Positions 27,800 to 36,250 of a stretch of DNA of 36,250 bases are shown piece by piece. Under the pieces are notes generated by a model, which had not been told where the DNA came from, made no database searches, and saw only the letters and a list, made by a program, of their open reading frames with translations. This DNA is from Gemmatimonadales bacterium. Lineage in GTDB: Bacteria > Gemmatimonadota > Gemmatimonadetes > Gemmatimonadales > GWC2-71-9. Positions within the stretch are counted from its first letter, which is position 1. Every line of letters begins with the position of its first letter. Location of the stretch: NCBI GenBank assembly GCA_041577295.1, contig JBFGJG010000045.1, positions 1 to 36,250 of the forward strand. The letters run 5' to 3'. Position numbers and translations under genes: made by a program.

Positions 27800-30142
27800 G
27801 TGACTAACATGCTGGATCGTCTCACCAGCGTCCTCGCCGACTCCTATCGCATCGAGCGCACACTCGGCGCGGGTGGAATGGCAACGGTCTATCTGGCCGA
27901 CGATGTAAAACACAATCGCAAGGTAGCGGTCAAAGTGCTTCGGCCTGAGCTGGCGGAGGCGCTGGGCGCCGAGCGCTTCCTGCGTGAGATCGAGACCACG
28001 GCCAATCTCCGTCACCCGCACATCCTGCCGCTCTATGATTCGGGCGAAGCGGGCGGGTTTCTGTTTTACGTCATGCCGTACGTCGAGGGGGAGTCGCTGC
28101 GCGACCGGCTGAATCGCGAGAAACAGCTCCCCATTGCCGACGCACTCGGCATCGCCCGCGAGGTGGCAGACGCGTTGGGCTACGCGCATGCGCGGGGCAT
28201 CATCCACCGTGACATCAAGCCCGAGAACATCCTGCTCGAAGCGGGTCACGCCGTAGTGGCTGACTTCGGGATTGCCCGTGCGGTGAGCGAGGCCGGGGGA
28301 GAGCGACTCACGCAGACCGGTGTGTCCGTCGGCACACCGCTGTACATGAGTCCCGAACAGGCCGCGGGCGATCAAGACCTCGACGGGCGCAGCGACCTCT
28401 ACAGCCTCGGGTGCGTGCTCTACGAGATGCTGGGTGGACAGCCACCGTTCACCGGGCCAACCGCGGAATCGGTTGCCCGCCAACACCTGATCACCGAGGC
28501 AGCTCCGGTCACGAACCTACGCCCAACCGTACCGGCCGAAGTGGCTGGCGCGTTGGCGCGCACGCTGGCCAAGAATCCGGCCGACCGCTTCAACCCCGCC
28601 GCGCAGTTTGTCCAAGCGCTCACAGCCGCCGCCGCGAGCCAGCCTCCAGCCCACCAAGCAACCGTCCGGCACTCACGCGCCCGATTGGCGTTGGTGGCCA
28701 CGGGTGTAATCGTCCTGGTCGGCGCCGCGTGGTTTGGCGGCCGCGCCTTATCGAGTGACGACCGTGCCGGCAGGATCGAGCGGATCGCCGTCCTGCCGAT
28801 GGACAACCAGACCGGGGACTCAGCCCAAGCGTTCTTCGCCGACGGGATGACGCGCGAGCTGATTGGCGTGCTCACCGAAGCCGGCGTGCGCGTCCTCGGC
28901 TACCGAGCGGTCACAGCATACCGTCACACAAATCTGCCGGCCAATCGAATTGCGCGAGAGCTCGAAGTCGATGCAATCGTGTCCGGCGCCGTCATCCAGG
29001 CCGGAGACGTCGTGCAGGTGGCCGCGGAGTTGACAGATCCGGCAACGGACGAGAGCCTGTGGGCCAGAACCTTCTCCCGCCCAGCACCGGACGTGGTCAC
29101 CCTGCAGCGCGAGGTCGCCCTCGAGATCGCCCGGGGGATCCGCGCCCGCCTCACACCGGAACAGGTGCGAGTCCTCGGCGCGGCACAACGGGTCAACCCA
29201 CGAGCCTACGCGCAGTACTTGCTTGGTCAAGCGCAGGCGACCCTGCGGACGCCGGACGGTTTTTATCGCAGCGTCGATCACTTGAACCGCTCGATTGCGC
29301 TCGACTCGACCTTCGCTCCCGCGTGGGCCGCCCTCGCCATGACGAACGCCTACGGTCTCCTGTACCAGCTCACGCCAAGGGATTCGGGGCGGGCGGTGAT
29401 CGAGCGCGCAAGTGCAAGGGCCGCGGCCCTCGATGAACGACTCGCGGACCCCTGGTTCGCACGCGGCGTAGCACTCCTCCACGTGGATTGGAATTTCGTC
29501 GCAGCCGAAGAGGCGTTCCTTCGCGGGCTCGAGCGCACGGGATCGACGGAGGCCCGTGGCCTGCGCGGCTGGACTCTGTGGGAGACCGGACGGTTTGCGG
29601 AGGCCATCGAGGCAACACTCGAGCTCATCGCACTCGAGCCGACCACGGCCCAATGGCGCAGCGACATTTCCTGGTCATACTGGTCGAGCGGCGACAGTGC
29701 CGCCGCACGCGCCTCCCTGCTCGAGGCGATCGCGGTCGATTCCACTTTCTACGAGGCGTACGACCTCCTCGGCATGGTCGAGAGTGACGCCGGTAACTTC
29801 GAGGCCTCCGCACGTTATCACGAGCGAGCCATCGAGGTGGCGGGTGGTGACTACTGGGTACGCCAGTTCTCTGAGGCCGTGTTGTACGCTGCGCAGCGAG
29901 ACCTCGCCGGCGTGCGACGGGTCCGCCGGGAGCTGGAAGGCGACCCGCGATATGGCCAGCGGGCGGTGATGTCCTACCTCGCGGGCGACAAGGACGCGAC
30001 CTACACCCTGCTCGAACGCGCAATCGCGACACGCGACCCCGATGTGCTTTGGATCCTCAGGTCCATTCCATATCTGTACCCGCTGCACCGCGAGGAGCGC
30101 TACCGAGCGCTAATGCGACGCGTCGGGCTACCCGGAAGCTGA
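27800..30142 (+). CDS. Hanks-type Ser/Thr protein kinase with TM, TolB-N-like and TPR domains
   Basis: Motifs LGAGGMATVY, VAVK, HRDIKPEN, DFG and GTPLYMSPE. TM near residue 300, then IAVLPMDN and Ala-rich TPR-like repeats. Start is GTG 27800 or ATG 27809. Confidence 0.95.
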   Translation: MTNMLDRLTSVLADSYRIERTLGAGGMATVYLADDVKHNRKVAVKVLRPELAEALGAERFLREIETTANLRHPHILPLYDSGEAGGFLFYVMPYVEGESLRDRLNREKQLPIADALGIAREVADALGYAHARGIIHRDIKPENILLEAGHAVVADFGIARAVSEAGGERLTQTGVSVGTPLYMSPEQAAGDQDLDGRSDLYSLGCVLYEMLGGQPPFTGPTAESVARQHLITEAAPVTNLRPTVPAEVAGALARTLAKNPADRFNPAAQFVQALTAAAASQPPAHQATVRHSRARLALVATGVIVLVGAAWFGGRALSSDDRAGRIERIAVLPMDNQTGDSAQAFFADGMTRELIGVLTEAGVRVLGYRAVTAYRHTNLPANRIARELEVDAIVSGAVIQAGDVVQVAAELTDPATDESLWARTFSRPAPDVVTLQREVALEIARGIRARLTPEQVRVLGAAQRVNPRAYAQYLLGQAQATLRTPDGFYRSVDHLNRSIALDSTFAPAWAALAMTNAYGLLYQLTPRDSGRAVIERASARAAALDERLADPWFARGVALLHVDWNFVAAEEAFLRGLERTGSTEARGLRGWTLWETGRFAEAIEATLELIALEPTTAQWRSDISWSYWSSGDSAAARASLLEAIAVDSTFYEAYDLLGMVESDAGNFEASARYHERAIEVAGGDYWVRQFSEAVLYAAQRDLAGVRRVRRELEGDPRYGQRAVMSYLAGDKDATYTLLERAIATRDPDVLWILRSIPYLYPLHREERYRALMRRVGLPGS

Positions 30143-30190
30143 GGAGGCAGCCGAGCACGATCTCCGAAACGACCGACAGAGGAGCCACCG

Positions 30191-30733
30191 GTGATCCCTT
30201 ACCTCATTGCTGTACTCACCTTCGCGGTTCAGACAACGTTCCCCGAGGCGTCGGCCTCGCAGACGATGGCACATTGGCCGTACCACGACGTCCTCATGCA
30301 CGCGACGCGGTGTTGCCCTTTCAATGCGGACCAGCAAGCGGATCCGGAGGTCAAGCGTGTGGAGGCGGTGGCGCACGGCCTCATGGCCGCGGATAACGTT
30401 CGGGACGTCGAGCAAGTGGTCGAGCTGTACGCGCCCGACGCCATCATGCTGCCACCGAATGAATCACCGGTGGACGGAATTGCCGCGATTCGCCCGCGGT
30501 ACGAAGCGTTCTTCGAGACGCATCAGCCGGCACTGCGGTTCATCATCGAAGAAACACGTGTCGTGAACAATCTCGCGTATGTGCGGGGCCGCACCCGCGG
30601 GACCATCCGTGATCTGGGACGGCAGACCGAGCAAACCATCAACGACGTGTTCCTGATGATTCTCAAACGCACCGATTCGGGCGCGTGGAAGATCAGCCGA
30701 TTGATGTGGCACGCTGCAGGGGGAGAGAAGTAG
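30191..30733 (+). CDS. Secreted NTF2/SnoaL-like (DUF4440/YybH) protein
   Basis: GAGGAG RBS and signal-like start. Motifs LYAPDAIMLPPN..VDG..AIR, LAYVRG and ILKR..SGAWKI. Confidence 0.85.
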   Translation: MIPYLIAVLTFAVQTTFPEASASQTMAHWPYHDVLMHATRCCPFNADQQADPEVKRVEAVAHGLMAADNVRDVEQVVELYAPDAIMLPPNESPVDGIAAIRPRYEAFFETHQPALRFIIEETRVVNNLAYVRGRTRGTIRDLGRQTEQTINDVFLMILKRTDSGAWKISRLMWHAAGGEK

Positions 30734-30774
30734 TCAGAGCTCACTCACGAGCGTCCTCGACCTTGGGGGTAGTG

Positions 30775-31500
30775 ATGCCCAGCCTGCTCGAACGGTTTGC
30801 CAAGAGGTGGCGTGACGCACCCCGTGACGTCGTGTTGATCGTGGTGTCCCTGCTGATCGCCTTCGCGCTAGATGCGTGGTGGGACAAGTTCAACGCTCGA
30901 GGAGAGCAAGCCGAGCAAATCGCGACGTTACGAGCGGAGTTCGTGACCGCGAGAAGCACCCTGGCCTACTCGGCCGCATACTTGGACTCATCAACCCAAG
31001 CGACCGTCAACCTTCTCGAATTAATGGGACCGCGTGCTCCGGCCCCTCACCCGGATACGGTTCTCGCCCTGCTCGTTCGGAGCTTCAACTTCGGTGTCTC
31101 CGTACCCAGCCAAGCGGCCTTAGACGCCGTTCTGGCCGCTGGGAATCCGCGGGTCTTGGACAACCCCCCGCTTCGCCGGATGCTGGCACGCTGGTCCGCG
31201 CTGATGGATGAATTAGCGCGCGACGGTCAACACCTCGAGCGGAATCGCGACATGGATCTCCAAGCGGCGCTGGTGGCAATCGGGGTCCCTGGGCTTGCCG
31301 TCGCGGCATCCACTTCCCAGTTGGGTCTCCCGCCCTCGGCGTTTCCGCCGAACACCGAACGCCTAGTTCGCAGCGTTGGGGTTTATGCTGGACTGTACTA
31401 CCGAGCCTTGCGGTTTAGGGTGCTCTCCGCCTCCATCAATGACGCGATCGAGACGGCGGATACGATCCTGGAGCAGTTGGATGGGTCAGGGGGTGGGTGA
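30775..31500 (+). CDS. Hypothetical protein with N-terminal TM and helical domain (DUF6090-like), 241 aa
   Basis: DVVLIVVSLLIAFALDAWW followed by LRAEF and amphipathic helices. Confidence 0.7.
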   Translation: MPSLLERFAKRWRDAPRDVVLIVVSLLIAFALDAWWDKFNARGEQAEQIATLRAEFVTARSTLAYSAAYLDSSTQATVNLLELMGPRAPAPHPDTVLALLVRSFNFGVSVPSQAALDAVLAAGNPRVLDNPPLRRMLARWSALMDELARDGQHLERNRDMDLQAALVAIGVPGLAVAASTSQLGLPPSAFPPNTERLVRSVGVYAGLYYRALRFRVLSASINDAIETADTILEQLDGSGGG

Positions 31501-31627
31501 GAAGCCGATGCGCCCAATTCACGACACGACGCGGGCGCGCAGCCGTTGCCAGCGGGACAGGCTGCCTCGTGAGCGATACATTTATATATAGTGATCAGGT
31601 GAATCACTTCCGTGATCTGGAGGCTGA

Positions 31628-31889
31628 ATGATCGACCAGATGTACCGCGGTTGCTTTGGCCACTACCCCATCCGTGGCTGCTTTCCTGAGGGTGGAGTAC
31701 CACGGCAGCATGCCTGCTTTCCGGAGCCCTCGAGGCCAGCCCCGCGGATGGCGTGCAACCGACACAAGAGGCGTGGCCGCTCGCGCGACCGCATAAAAAC
31801 CCGCTGGTCGCGTTCTCGAGGAACTCGATAGACTCCTGTCGCTCATCACAAACCTGTGGGTTGTGCCCTACCAGCATGGATGTGGGTGA
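31628..31889 (+). pseudogene. Small ORF or multiply frameshifted small gene
   Basis: AT-rich promoter-like tract (31576-31592) and GGAGG (31619-31623) precede ATG 31628. The intact ORF ends at 31831, but protein-like text switches frame. Confidence 0.35.
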
Positions 31890-31969
31890 ACCCCTAGCGA
31901 AAGGTGTCTCAGCTGCGGCATTTTCTCTCGCTCATAGACCCTGATTTACACCCTCACCTGGAGCACACC

Positions 31970-32473
31970 GTGGTTCTGACCAAATCTGAGCTCATCGCCG
32001 CCCTCGAGAGCGAGGTCCGTGTTCTTCTGCATCTCGTTGGAAAAGTCGCTCGCACACAGCGTGATTACCGTCCCACTCCGAAGCAGCGCAGCACGAGCGA
32101 ATTGATCAAGTATCTGAGCATGATGGGACCCGAGGTTGTGCGGGTGGCAAAGGAAGGGGCCTTCGACGAGGCCCGGTGGATGGCGGCTGAGAAAGCCGCC
32201 GCGGAAAACTCACTCGATCACGCGATCAAAACGATTGCTACGCACGAGAAGACGTACCAGACGTTGCTCGCCGACATGTCGGATGCCGATCTGCGGACAG
32301 ACATGGAGGCTTTTGGCGAGAAGGCCACGCGCGGAGCGTTTCTCGTCAAGTGGGCGCTCTGTGGATCAGCGGCCTACCGCATGCAGCTGTTCCTGTACCT
32401 CAAAGCCGCGGGACACGAGGAGCTGAACTCTGCGAACTTGTGGGCCGGTATGGACGCGCCGGCGACGGTCTGA
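31970..32473 (+). CDS. DinB/YfiT-like four-helix protein (167 aa)
   Basis: GGAG before GTG 31970. Motifs DYRPTPKQRSTSELIKYL and AAYRMQLFLYLKAAG. Confidence 0.75.
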   Translation: MVLTKSELIAALESEVRVLLHLVGKVARTQRDYRPTPKQRSTSELIKYLSMMGPEVVRVAKEGAFDEARWMAAEKAAAENSLDHAIKTIATHEKTYQTLLADMSDADLRTDMEAFGEKATRGAFLVKWALCGSAAYRMQLFLYLKAAGHEELNSANLWAGMDAPATV

Positions 32474-32615
32474 CGAGTGAGCCAAAGGAAATCGTTCCGA
32501 AACCGCTAACATCGAAACACCGTACCTCCGTTGGACACCCTACGCAGCCGCCAGCTCACTCACGTGAAGCGGCCGCCGTAAGGCGCAAAACGGAGCAGGA
32601 TCCGGCGATGAGTCG

Positions 32616-33665
32616 ATGAAGGCGATTGTCCAAGAGAAGTACGGATCTCCTGAAGTTCTGGAACTGCGAGAGGTCACCAAGCCGGCCGTTGGCGATGCCG
32701 AAGTCTTGGTGCGCGTCCGAGCGGCTTCGCTCCATCCGGACATCTGGCACGTCGTGAGCGGCTGGCCATACGTCCTTCGCCTAATGGGGGCCGGGCTGCT
32801 CAAGCCCAAGAACCCAATCCCGGGCACCGACGCGGCGGGCACCGTCGAATCGGTGGGCAAGAGCGTCACCAGGTTTCGCGCGGGCGACGCGGTGTTTGGC
32901 GAAGCTGGCCGGCATGGATGGACCAACGGTGGCGCATTTGCCGAATACGTCGCCGTTCCACAAGACCGCTTAGCATTGAAGCCCGACAATGTCACTTTCG
33001 AACAAGCCGCCGCGGTGCCCACCTCCGGCTACATTGCGCTCTTGAATCTCCGTGGAGGAACGATCGTACAGCCCGAGCACGAGGTGTTGATCAATGGCGC
33101 GGGTGGCGGCGTGGGTGCGCTCGCCCTTCAGGTCGCTAAGCTGCGCGGCGCACGCGTCACCGCCGTGGACAACACGAGCAAGCTGAGCATGCTTCGAGCG
33201 CTCGGGGCAGATCAGGTGATCGATTACACTCGAGAGGATTTCACCAGAGCCGGCAAGCGGTACGACCTCATCTTCGATATTCCCGGGAACCATTCGCTAT
33301 CCGCTTGCAGACGCGCGCTCAAGCCGGACGGTAAGTACGTGCTCATCGGGCACGAGCAGTTTGGCGGATCTGGGAAGCGGGTGTTTGGCCTGATACCACA
33401 TTTCGTCAAACTGATCTTCCTCTCATTCTTCATGAAGCAGCTGCGATTGGGGCGGTCGTCAGTCCCGACCAAGAAGGATGCTGTGACGATACTTCAAGAG
33501 CTGCTCGCAGCTGGGAAAATCACGCCGATCATCGATCGCACGTACCCGCTAAGCAAAGCCCGTGAGGCTCTCCAGCATATGATTGAGGGCGAACCCCGAG
33601 GAAAGGTCATCATCACCGTCCCGGACGCGGATTCCCCACTCGAGCGGGCGGCCGCGACTGGATAG
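32616..33665 (+). CDS. NAD(P)-dependent medium-chain dehydrogenase/reductase (quinone oxidoreductase-like, no Zn ligands)
   Basis: Motifs MKAIVQEKYGSPEVL, PGTDAAG, GAFAEY, INGAGGGVG, GADQVIDY and GKVII. Confidence 0.93.
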   Translation: MKAIVQEKYGSPEVLELREVTKPAVGDAEVLVRVRAASLHPDIWHVVSGWPYVLRLMGAGLLKPKNPIPGTDAAGTVESVGKSVTRFRAGDAVFGEAGRHGWTNGGAFAEYVAVPQDRLALKPDNVTFEQAAAVPTSGYIALLNLRGGTIVQPEHEVLINGAGGGVGALALQVAKLRGARVTAVDNTSKLSMLRALGADQVIDYTREDFTRAGKRYDLIFDIPGNHSLSACRRALKPDGKYVLIGHEQFGGSGKRVFGLIPHFVKLIFLSFFMKQLRLGRSSVPTKKDAVTILQELLAAGKITPIIDRTYPLSKAREALQHMIEGEPRGKVIITVPDADSPLERAAATG

Positions 33666-33679
33666 CTGGTGGTCACGCG

Positions 33680-34075
33680 ATGGAACACCTCTGCACCACG
33701 TGCTGCAAGCGGAAGCGCCGCGACGAGGGGTCGCTACCAGCGATGCAGAGATATCTCAGCGGGCGCATTCGCTTTGTACATGGCGAGAGCCTGCGGCTCG
33801 CCGTTCCGCTCTTGCTGCTCTCTGGTCGATTCGGGTTGCTGAAGCCAGACGACCGCATTCCGTGGTATGACGAACGGCTGAGCTACGACAAGGCCCACAA
33901 GCTAGTCCCGTTCATTGCCAACCAGCTGAATGAGTACGGCGTGACGGCGATCGCGTTTTATGCGCGTCCGCGTTTGACCAGCGGTTGGGGGCCGTACTAC
34001 GATGTGCTGGAGCGTGCGTGTCAGAGCGGCAAAATTCCAATGCGGATCGAGCTGCTGGGAGAAGAGTACTTATAG
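33680..34075 (+). CDS. Hypothetical protein, DUF6884/YaaA-like
   Basis: Pattern CCKRK...PAMQRY...LLSGRFGLL.P...IPWYD. Confidence 0.6.
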   Translation: MEHLCTTCCKRKRRDEGSLPAMQRYLSGRIRFVHGESLRLAVPLLLLSGRFGLLKPDDRIPWYDERLSYDKAHKLVPFIANQLNEYGVTAIAFYARPRLTSGWGPYYDVLERACQSGKIPMRIELLGEEYL

Positions 34076-34357
34076 ACAGGCTAATACGCCTGATGAGAGC
34101 CAGCTTCTCCTCGGACTGAGCATCGTATCCTTCTGGGCGGGGTTCAAAGCACCACCCCACCCACTTCAGCGCTACTCGCGCGCAGCCGCTTGCTCATTTT
34201 CGTCAGCGACGAGTTCCCACGACCGGGCACTCGCGTGCTCTACGCCTATTCTCCACGCGATCGCTGACCCACCAGGAGGTGTTGGGGTGAACAGAACGTT
34301 GTCGATGTTGACGGTGGCGGTCTCTAGAATGCGGCTGGCGGCCTCTGTCAGGAACAG

Positions 34358-35446
34358 CTAGCGGTCATTGGCAGACAGATGCCGCGCGAAAAACGGCAGC
34401 ATTTTCGAGGCAAGACGCTGGCGTAGTCGGTTTCGATGATCGCCGTCGTATAACTCGAATACGTGTGGGATTCCCAGTTCGCTGAGTCGCCGGGAGAACG
34501 CAGCGGTGCCCGGGGGAATGTGTGGAAACTGATCGTTTTGTCCGACATCCAACGCTAACCCACGAAGTTCGCGGAGGCCCTCCGCGCGTTCGTCCAGTCG
34601 CTCGATGGGGAAAAACTCACGATACGTCGAATACGTTGGTTCAGCCTGTAGTAGAAAGCCGGCTCCGTCGAGTCGAAAGGGGTAGTCCACGAAAAGAGGT
34701 GGGCGCCCTGTGTTAGGTGTGGCGACTGAAAGGATGCCAAGGATCGCCACGGGATAGAATTCTCCCCTCTGGAGCGCGGTGATGATCTCCTCGGGCGCTT
34801 GGAACCCCAGTGCGCGAGCCCACCCGGCGTTCGCGGGGCCGAGATCATCAGTGAGCTTGAGGCAGCATGGACTCATGGCGAAGACGGCGGAGAACACGCC
34901 CGGATGGTCCATCGCCAGGGTCAAGGCGCCAAATCCACCCATCGAATGCCCGGCGATACCCCTTCCCTCCCGCGAAGCACGCGTGCGAAAGGCTGAGTCC
35001 GTCCAGGCCACCAGCTCGCGCGCAACGAAGTCGCTCCAGTTGCCCGTCACGGGCGAGTTGGCGTAATAGCTACCCATGTACCGATTACTCGCGGTGGGCA
35101 TCACGACGATCATAGGTGGGATGGCCCCGGCAGTAATCAGGGAATCGAGCTCCACATGGATGCGAAGCCCCTGGTAGCTACCGTTGGTCCAGTCTCGGTA
35201 CGTGCCCGCGATGCCGTGCAGCAAATAGAGAACCGGGTAATCGTGGCCGCTGTTTGAATAGCCGGGCGGCGTATATACGGCCACTTCGATCTGGGAAGAT
35301 TCACCGATGAGGTTCTGCCCGATCGCTCGAGATAGGACGTGCTCGACTCGCAGAGCGCCCGATTGCGCACGTAGCGGCGCGTGCGCGATCCCGATCATCA
35401 TCGCGAGGACCACAATCAACCGCTGCACCAATCGGAGCTTGCTCAC
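34358..35446 (-). CDS. Secreted putative esterase (alpha/beta hydrolase, Fes/S-formylglutathione hydrolase-like)
   Basis: Signal peptide; motifs VYTPPGY, YPVLYLLHG, GHSMGG, DVGQND and YDGDH. GTG start overlaps the TetR stop. Confidence 0.9.
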   Translation of the reverse strand: MSKLRLVQRLIVVLAMMIGIAHAPLRAQSGALRVEHVLSRAIGQNLIGESSQIEVAVYTPPGYSNSGHDYPVLYLLHGIAGTYRDWTNGSYQGLRIHVELDSLITAGAIPPMIVVMPTASNRYMGSYYANSPVTGNWSDFVARELVAWTDSAFRTRASREGRGIAGHSMGGFGALTLAMDHPGVFSAVFAMSPCCLKLTDDLGPANAGWARALGFQAPEEIITALQRGEFYPVAILGILSVATPNTGRPPLFVDYPFRLDGAGFLLQAEPTYSTYREFFPIERLDERAEGLRELRGLALDVGQNDQFPHIPPGTAAFSRRLSELGIPHVFELYDGDHRNRLRQRLASKMLPFFARHLSANDR

Positions 35447-36033
35447 GCGGCCGCTCGTGCCGCGTCGAACACGAAGGCGATCCGGCGTCGTAACGCATCC
35501 CGCAACTCAATCTCGACTCCGAGTGCCCATGTGGTCATCGTGGAACTCAGCACGGCCGCGATCATCGAAAGCAAGGTGCCGCGATCAACGTCGGCCTTGA
35601 GCTCACCAGTGGCAATGCCCCTGTCGACCCACTGCGCAAACCAGGTAACAAAGCGTTTGGAGTTTTTCAGGTCGGCTTCGAGCAAAATGGGACTCGCAAA
35701 AATCCTCCGTACCATCATCTGCCCTATTGGGGGATCCTTCTCAACCCAGTCCGCACATATCATCACGCAGCTGGTGACCGCCTCCTCGCAGCCCTGAAAC
35801 TCACGACCTTCGACCCGGCCCAGTATCCACCCAGTCATGCGGTCGTGATACTCGGCCAAGACGTGGTCCTTCGTGGGAAAATAGTTGAAGAACGTGCCCT
35901 TCGCCGTACCGGCGGAGGCGACGATCTCATCCACAGTGACCCCGTCATATCCGCGGTCACGAAACAGGCGAATCGCGGCCTCATAAATGCGAGTCCGTTT
36001 GCCACGTTTCTGCAGTGCGCGCAGCGAGGCCAT
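35443..36033 (-). CDS. TetR/AcrR family transcriptional regulator (196 aa)
   Basis: HTH reads AAIRLFRDRGYDGVTVDEIVASAGTAKGTFFNYFPTK. Start ATG 36033 (TTG 36039 possible). Confidence 0.95.
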   Translation of the reverse strand: MASLRALQKRGKRTRIYEAAIRLFRDRGYDGVTVDEIVASAGTAKGTFFNYFPTKDHVLAEYHDRMTGWILGRVEGREFQGCEEAVTSCVMICADWVEKDPPIGQMMVRRIFASPILLEADLKNSKRFVTWFAQWVDRGIATGELKADVDRGTLLSMIAAVLSSTMTTWALGVEIELRDALRRRIAFVFDAARAAA

Positions 36034-36048
36034 CAACAACCCGCGACG

Positions 36049-36249
36049 CTACCGCTGTCCAAAGGTCGCGAACTCGATCAAACGAAGCGTTCCGATCTCC
36101 GTAGTCTCCTCCGATTCGAGATCCATTGGCCGCTTGCCGAGGAGATAGGGCGGCCGGTCGATGACGAAGTTTTGCATGACGCGGGCGTTGGTCATTCCAA
36201 GCGGGTAGCTCACGACCCACGCGCGGTGCTCGCTACCGAACTGCGTCCG
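36049..36249 (-). CDS. 3' end of a hypothetical protein, truncated by window edge
   Basis: Open minus frame RTQFGSEHRAWVVSYPLGMTNARVMQNFVIDRPPYLLGKRPMDLESEETTEIGTLRLIEFATFGQR* with GC-ending codons, ending 15 nt upstream of the tetR ATG. Confidence 0.65.
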   Translation of the reverse strand, partial: RTQFGSEHRAWVVSYPLGMTNARVMQNFVIDRPPYLLGKRPMDLESEETTEIGTLRLIEFATFGQR

Positions 36250-36250
36250 A

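Noticed and set aside
31398..31935. Minus-strand ORF starting MLVGHNP (SixA- or UDG-like motif)
   Set aside because: No other family motifs, an in-frame stop just upstream, and the expression signals point to the plus strand.
30738..32564. Shared 12-mer AGCTCACTCACG in two spacers (30738-30749 and 32553-32564)
   Set aside because: Only two copies with unrelated flanks; compatible with chance. Not a CRISPR or REP array.
34088..34150. CTGATGAG resembling the hammerhead ribozyme core
   Set aside because: No GAAA after a stem II and no consistent three-stem junction.
1..36250. tRNA, rRNA, CRISPR array, IS element, integrase, prophage genes
   Set aside because: No cloverleaf, regularly spaced repeats, transposase, recombinase or phage motifs were recognised.

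Overview
GC-rich bacterial chromosomal segment. The gene repertoire (PadR/duplicated-permease pair, Ser/Thr kinase-TolB-TPR protein, waaA, PorV-like barrel) suggests a diderm such as Gemmatimonadota; this is inference, not a search result. Positions 1-19.6 kb are intact housekeeping-type genes: partial lipB, M20 dipeptidase, Glu/Leu/Phe/Val dehydrogenase, a minus-strand operon (lipoprotein metallopeptidase, PorV/FadL-like barrel, DUF2265 aminopeptidase), dnaE-accA-ricT-metG, M23 peptidase, a lipoprotein, DsbA-like protein, CPBP protease and waaA. From 19.6 kb onward is an accessory tract of mostly co-oriented, unrelated small genes mixed with gene remnants and apparent frameshifts. No rRNA, tRNA, CRISPR array, transposase or integrase was recognised. 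The most interesting observations are: (i) the lipoprotein-protease/barrel/aminopeptidase operon beside a dipeptidase and a GDH-type enzyme, a candidate surface peptide-harvesting system; (ii) a MetRS lacking the lysines of both the KMSKS and GKD motifs; (iii) a nested double-palindrome operator at padR; (iv) a structured leader upstream of the M23 gene; (v) an unexplained small ORF or decayed gene at 31.6-31.9 kb. All family calls come from motif recognition by eye.
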